Positions 62,779-64,000 of a stretch of DNA of 64,000 nucleotides are shown piece after piece (position 1 is the first letter of the stretch; each line of letters begins with the position of its first letter). Position numbers and translations under genes: made by a program. The stretch is from Calditrichia bacterium (GTDB taxonomy: Bacteria; Calditrichota; Calditrichia; JAJRVZ01). The notes under the pieces are model-generated. The model did not search any database and was not told the origin of the DNA. It was given only the letters and a program-made list of their open reading frames with translations. Location of the stretch: positions 32,858 through 96,857 of the forward strand of contig CAVQJT010000026.1 in the NCBI GenBank assembly GCA_963712885.1. The letters run 5' to 3'.

Positions 62779-64000
62779 ATATTTTCTTTCAAACCGAGAA
62801 AGACAGTGGTAGCCGGCTTCAATATGCTATTCAATTTATTGCCGAAGTCCTCGGGTATCCCTATGATGTTGGTGATAAGTCGGGTAAGTATAATGTAGGT
62901 CACGTGCTTGTCCGTTATGGCAGCCGTGAAATAAAAAAGTCTGAAGAAAACACGACCGTTATTGAAATTTACGATAGCGGGTTGATGTATAATCTGGAGG
63001 AGCTTGAAAAAAAGGTTGATTTGTTTGAATGGCGAAACCGCGCATGGCCAATTCTTGGCCAGCAGGTTGCAGACCAGGATTTAAAAGGGTGGCGGTTAAA
63101 CAAGGTTACCGGATTTTATGCCCGTAATAATGGCCGGCATATCTTAATTCCATTTGATTTGTATGCGAATATTTTCTATCATTTAAGTCGCTATGAGGAA
63201 AAATGGCGTCATTTTGCCGAAGAGACCATCACGGATCACTCGACCTCAGTTCTTGCCAGACATCAGAGCCTGGATGACCCGCTTGTTGATGCCCTGATTG
63301 CCTATCTCGATGTTATTATCCGAAAAAGCCTTGGCCCATTTATAAAGGTTCTGCCCTGGCCGGGTGGACAACCTTTCGCCATTGCCTTTACCCATGATAT
63401 CGATCTCACCCGCGGCGCTCCTTTGAAAAAAAGACTATTACACCGTGGCTTTGAGCTGATATCAAAAATAGGTGCAAATAGGGAATCTGCTGAAGGCCTG
63501 AAGGAGGAGATTGCGGAGGAAGATGCTCAGGTATGGACATATCCTCAACTGCTTGATCTTTATAAAAGGTATAATTGTAAGGCCAGCTTTTATTTTTTGG
63601 TCCGGATGTTTGAAGGGATGCATTTCAGATATAATATTGCCTCCCGAAAATTTCGCAGTTTGATTGATCAACTGGCAAAGAGCGGTCATGAAATCGGTTT
63701 ACATTCAAGTCTGAAAGCCTTTGATAAATCCGGCAAATATGCTGAAGAGCGGCAGAGTCTTGATCATGTTTCTGGCCGACAATCAATCGGATTGCGTCAG
63801 CATTATCTGAGAGCAAAATTTCCCCGCCTATGGCAATTGGCTGCAGATGCCGGCTTTGTTTATGATACCAGCCTCGGATACAATTACCAGTACGGTTTCA
63901 GAGCAGGGACCTGCCATCCATTCCGGTGCTACAATTATAAGACAGATAAAATTATCCCCTTGTGGGAATTCTCGTTGGCATTTTTTGAAAACAACCTTCC
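62775..64000 (+). CDS. Polysaccharide deacetylase family protein with DUF7033-like N-terminus (frameshift near start; runs off window)
   Basis: FDLYANIFYHLSRYEE, WPGG..FA.AFTHDID, HEIGLH, RQHYLR, YDTSLGY, GFRAGTCHPF. Confidence 0.8.
   Translation, partial: MNIFFQTEKDSGSRLQYAIQFIAEVLGYPYDVGDKSGKYNVGHVLVRYGSREIKKSEENTTVIEIYDSGLMYNLEELEKKVDLFEWRNRAWPILGQQVADQDLKGWRLNKVTGFYARNNGRHILIPFDLYANIFYHLSRYEEKWRHFAEETITDHSTSVLARHQSLDDPLVDALIAYLDVIIRKSLGPFIKVLPWPGGQPFAIAFTHDIDLTRGAPLKKRLLHRGFELISKIGANRESAEGLKEEIAEEDAQVWTYPQLLDLYKRYNCKASFYFLVRMFEGMHFRYNIASRKFRSLIDQLAKSGHEIGLHSSLKAFDKSGKYAEERQSLDHVSGRQSIGLRQHYLRAKFPRLWQLAADAGFVYDTSLGYNYQYGFRAGTCHPFRCYNYKTDKIIPLWEFSLAFFENNL

Overview
Core-genome segment (moderate GC) of a bacterium whose gene set suggests the FCB group or a relative, most plausibly Calditrichaeota-like. 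The taxon is inferred from a PorZ-like T9SS protein, YpdA/BrxA bacillithiol redox genes, archaeal-type PGI/PMI, a CIRCE at groESL, and rpoN-hslVU. Contents: ribD-E-BA-H, porZ-like, recN, mrp, ypdA, a mannose-family PTS IIC-IID-HPr-EI/PGI-PMI/metK operon, a folB-folK-dNK-HD-GYP operon, groESL, a block of hydrolases, oxidoreductases and transporters, htpG, pyk, brxA, pdxA, a C40 peptidase-HNH-trpS-scpAB-rluB-cmk-rpsA run, an orphan mreB, rpoN-hslVU, argF and the start of a surface-polysaccharide modification locus. About 20 genes, including essential ones, are broken by single-base indels (mostly +1 insertions), which I read as long-read consensus errors rather than pseudogenes. I found no rRNA, tRNA, CRISPR array or intact transposase. 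The most unexplained signal is non-coding. Many of the larger intergenic gaps hold small elements bounded by inverted heptamer or nonamer repeat arrays, sometimes nested or carrying REP-like palindromes. Two gaps appear to contain decayed small genes (four-helix-bundle-like and GIY-YIG-like). Together these suggest a repeat-flanked mini-cassette system that lands just after stop codons.
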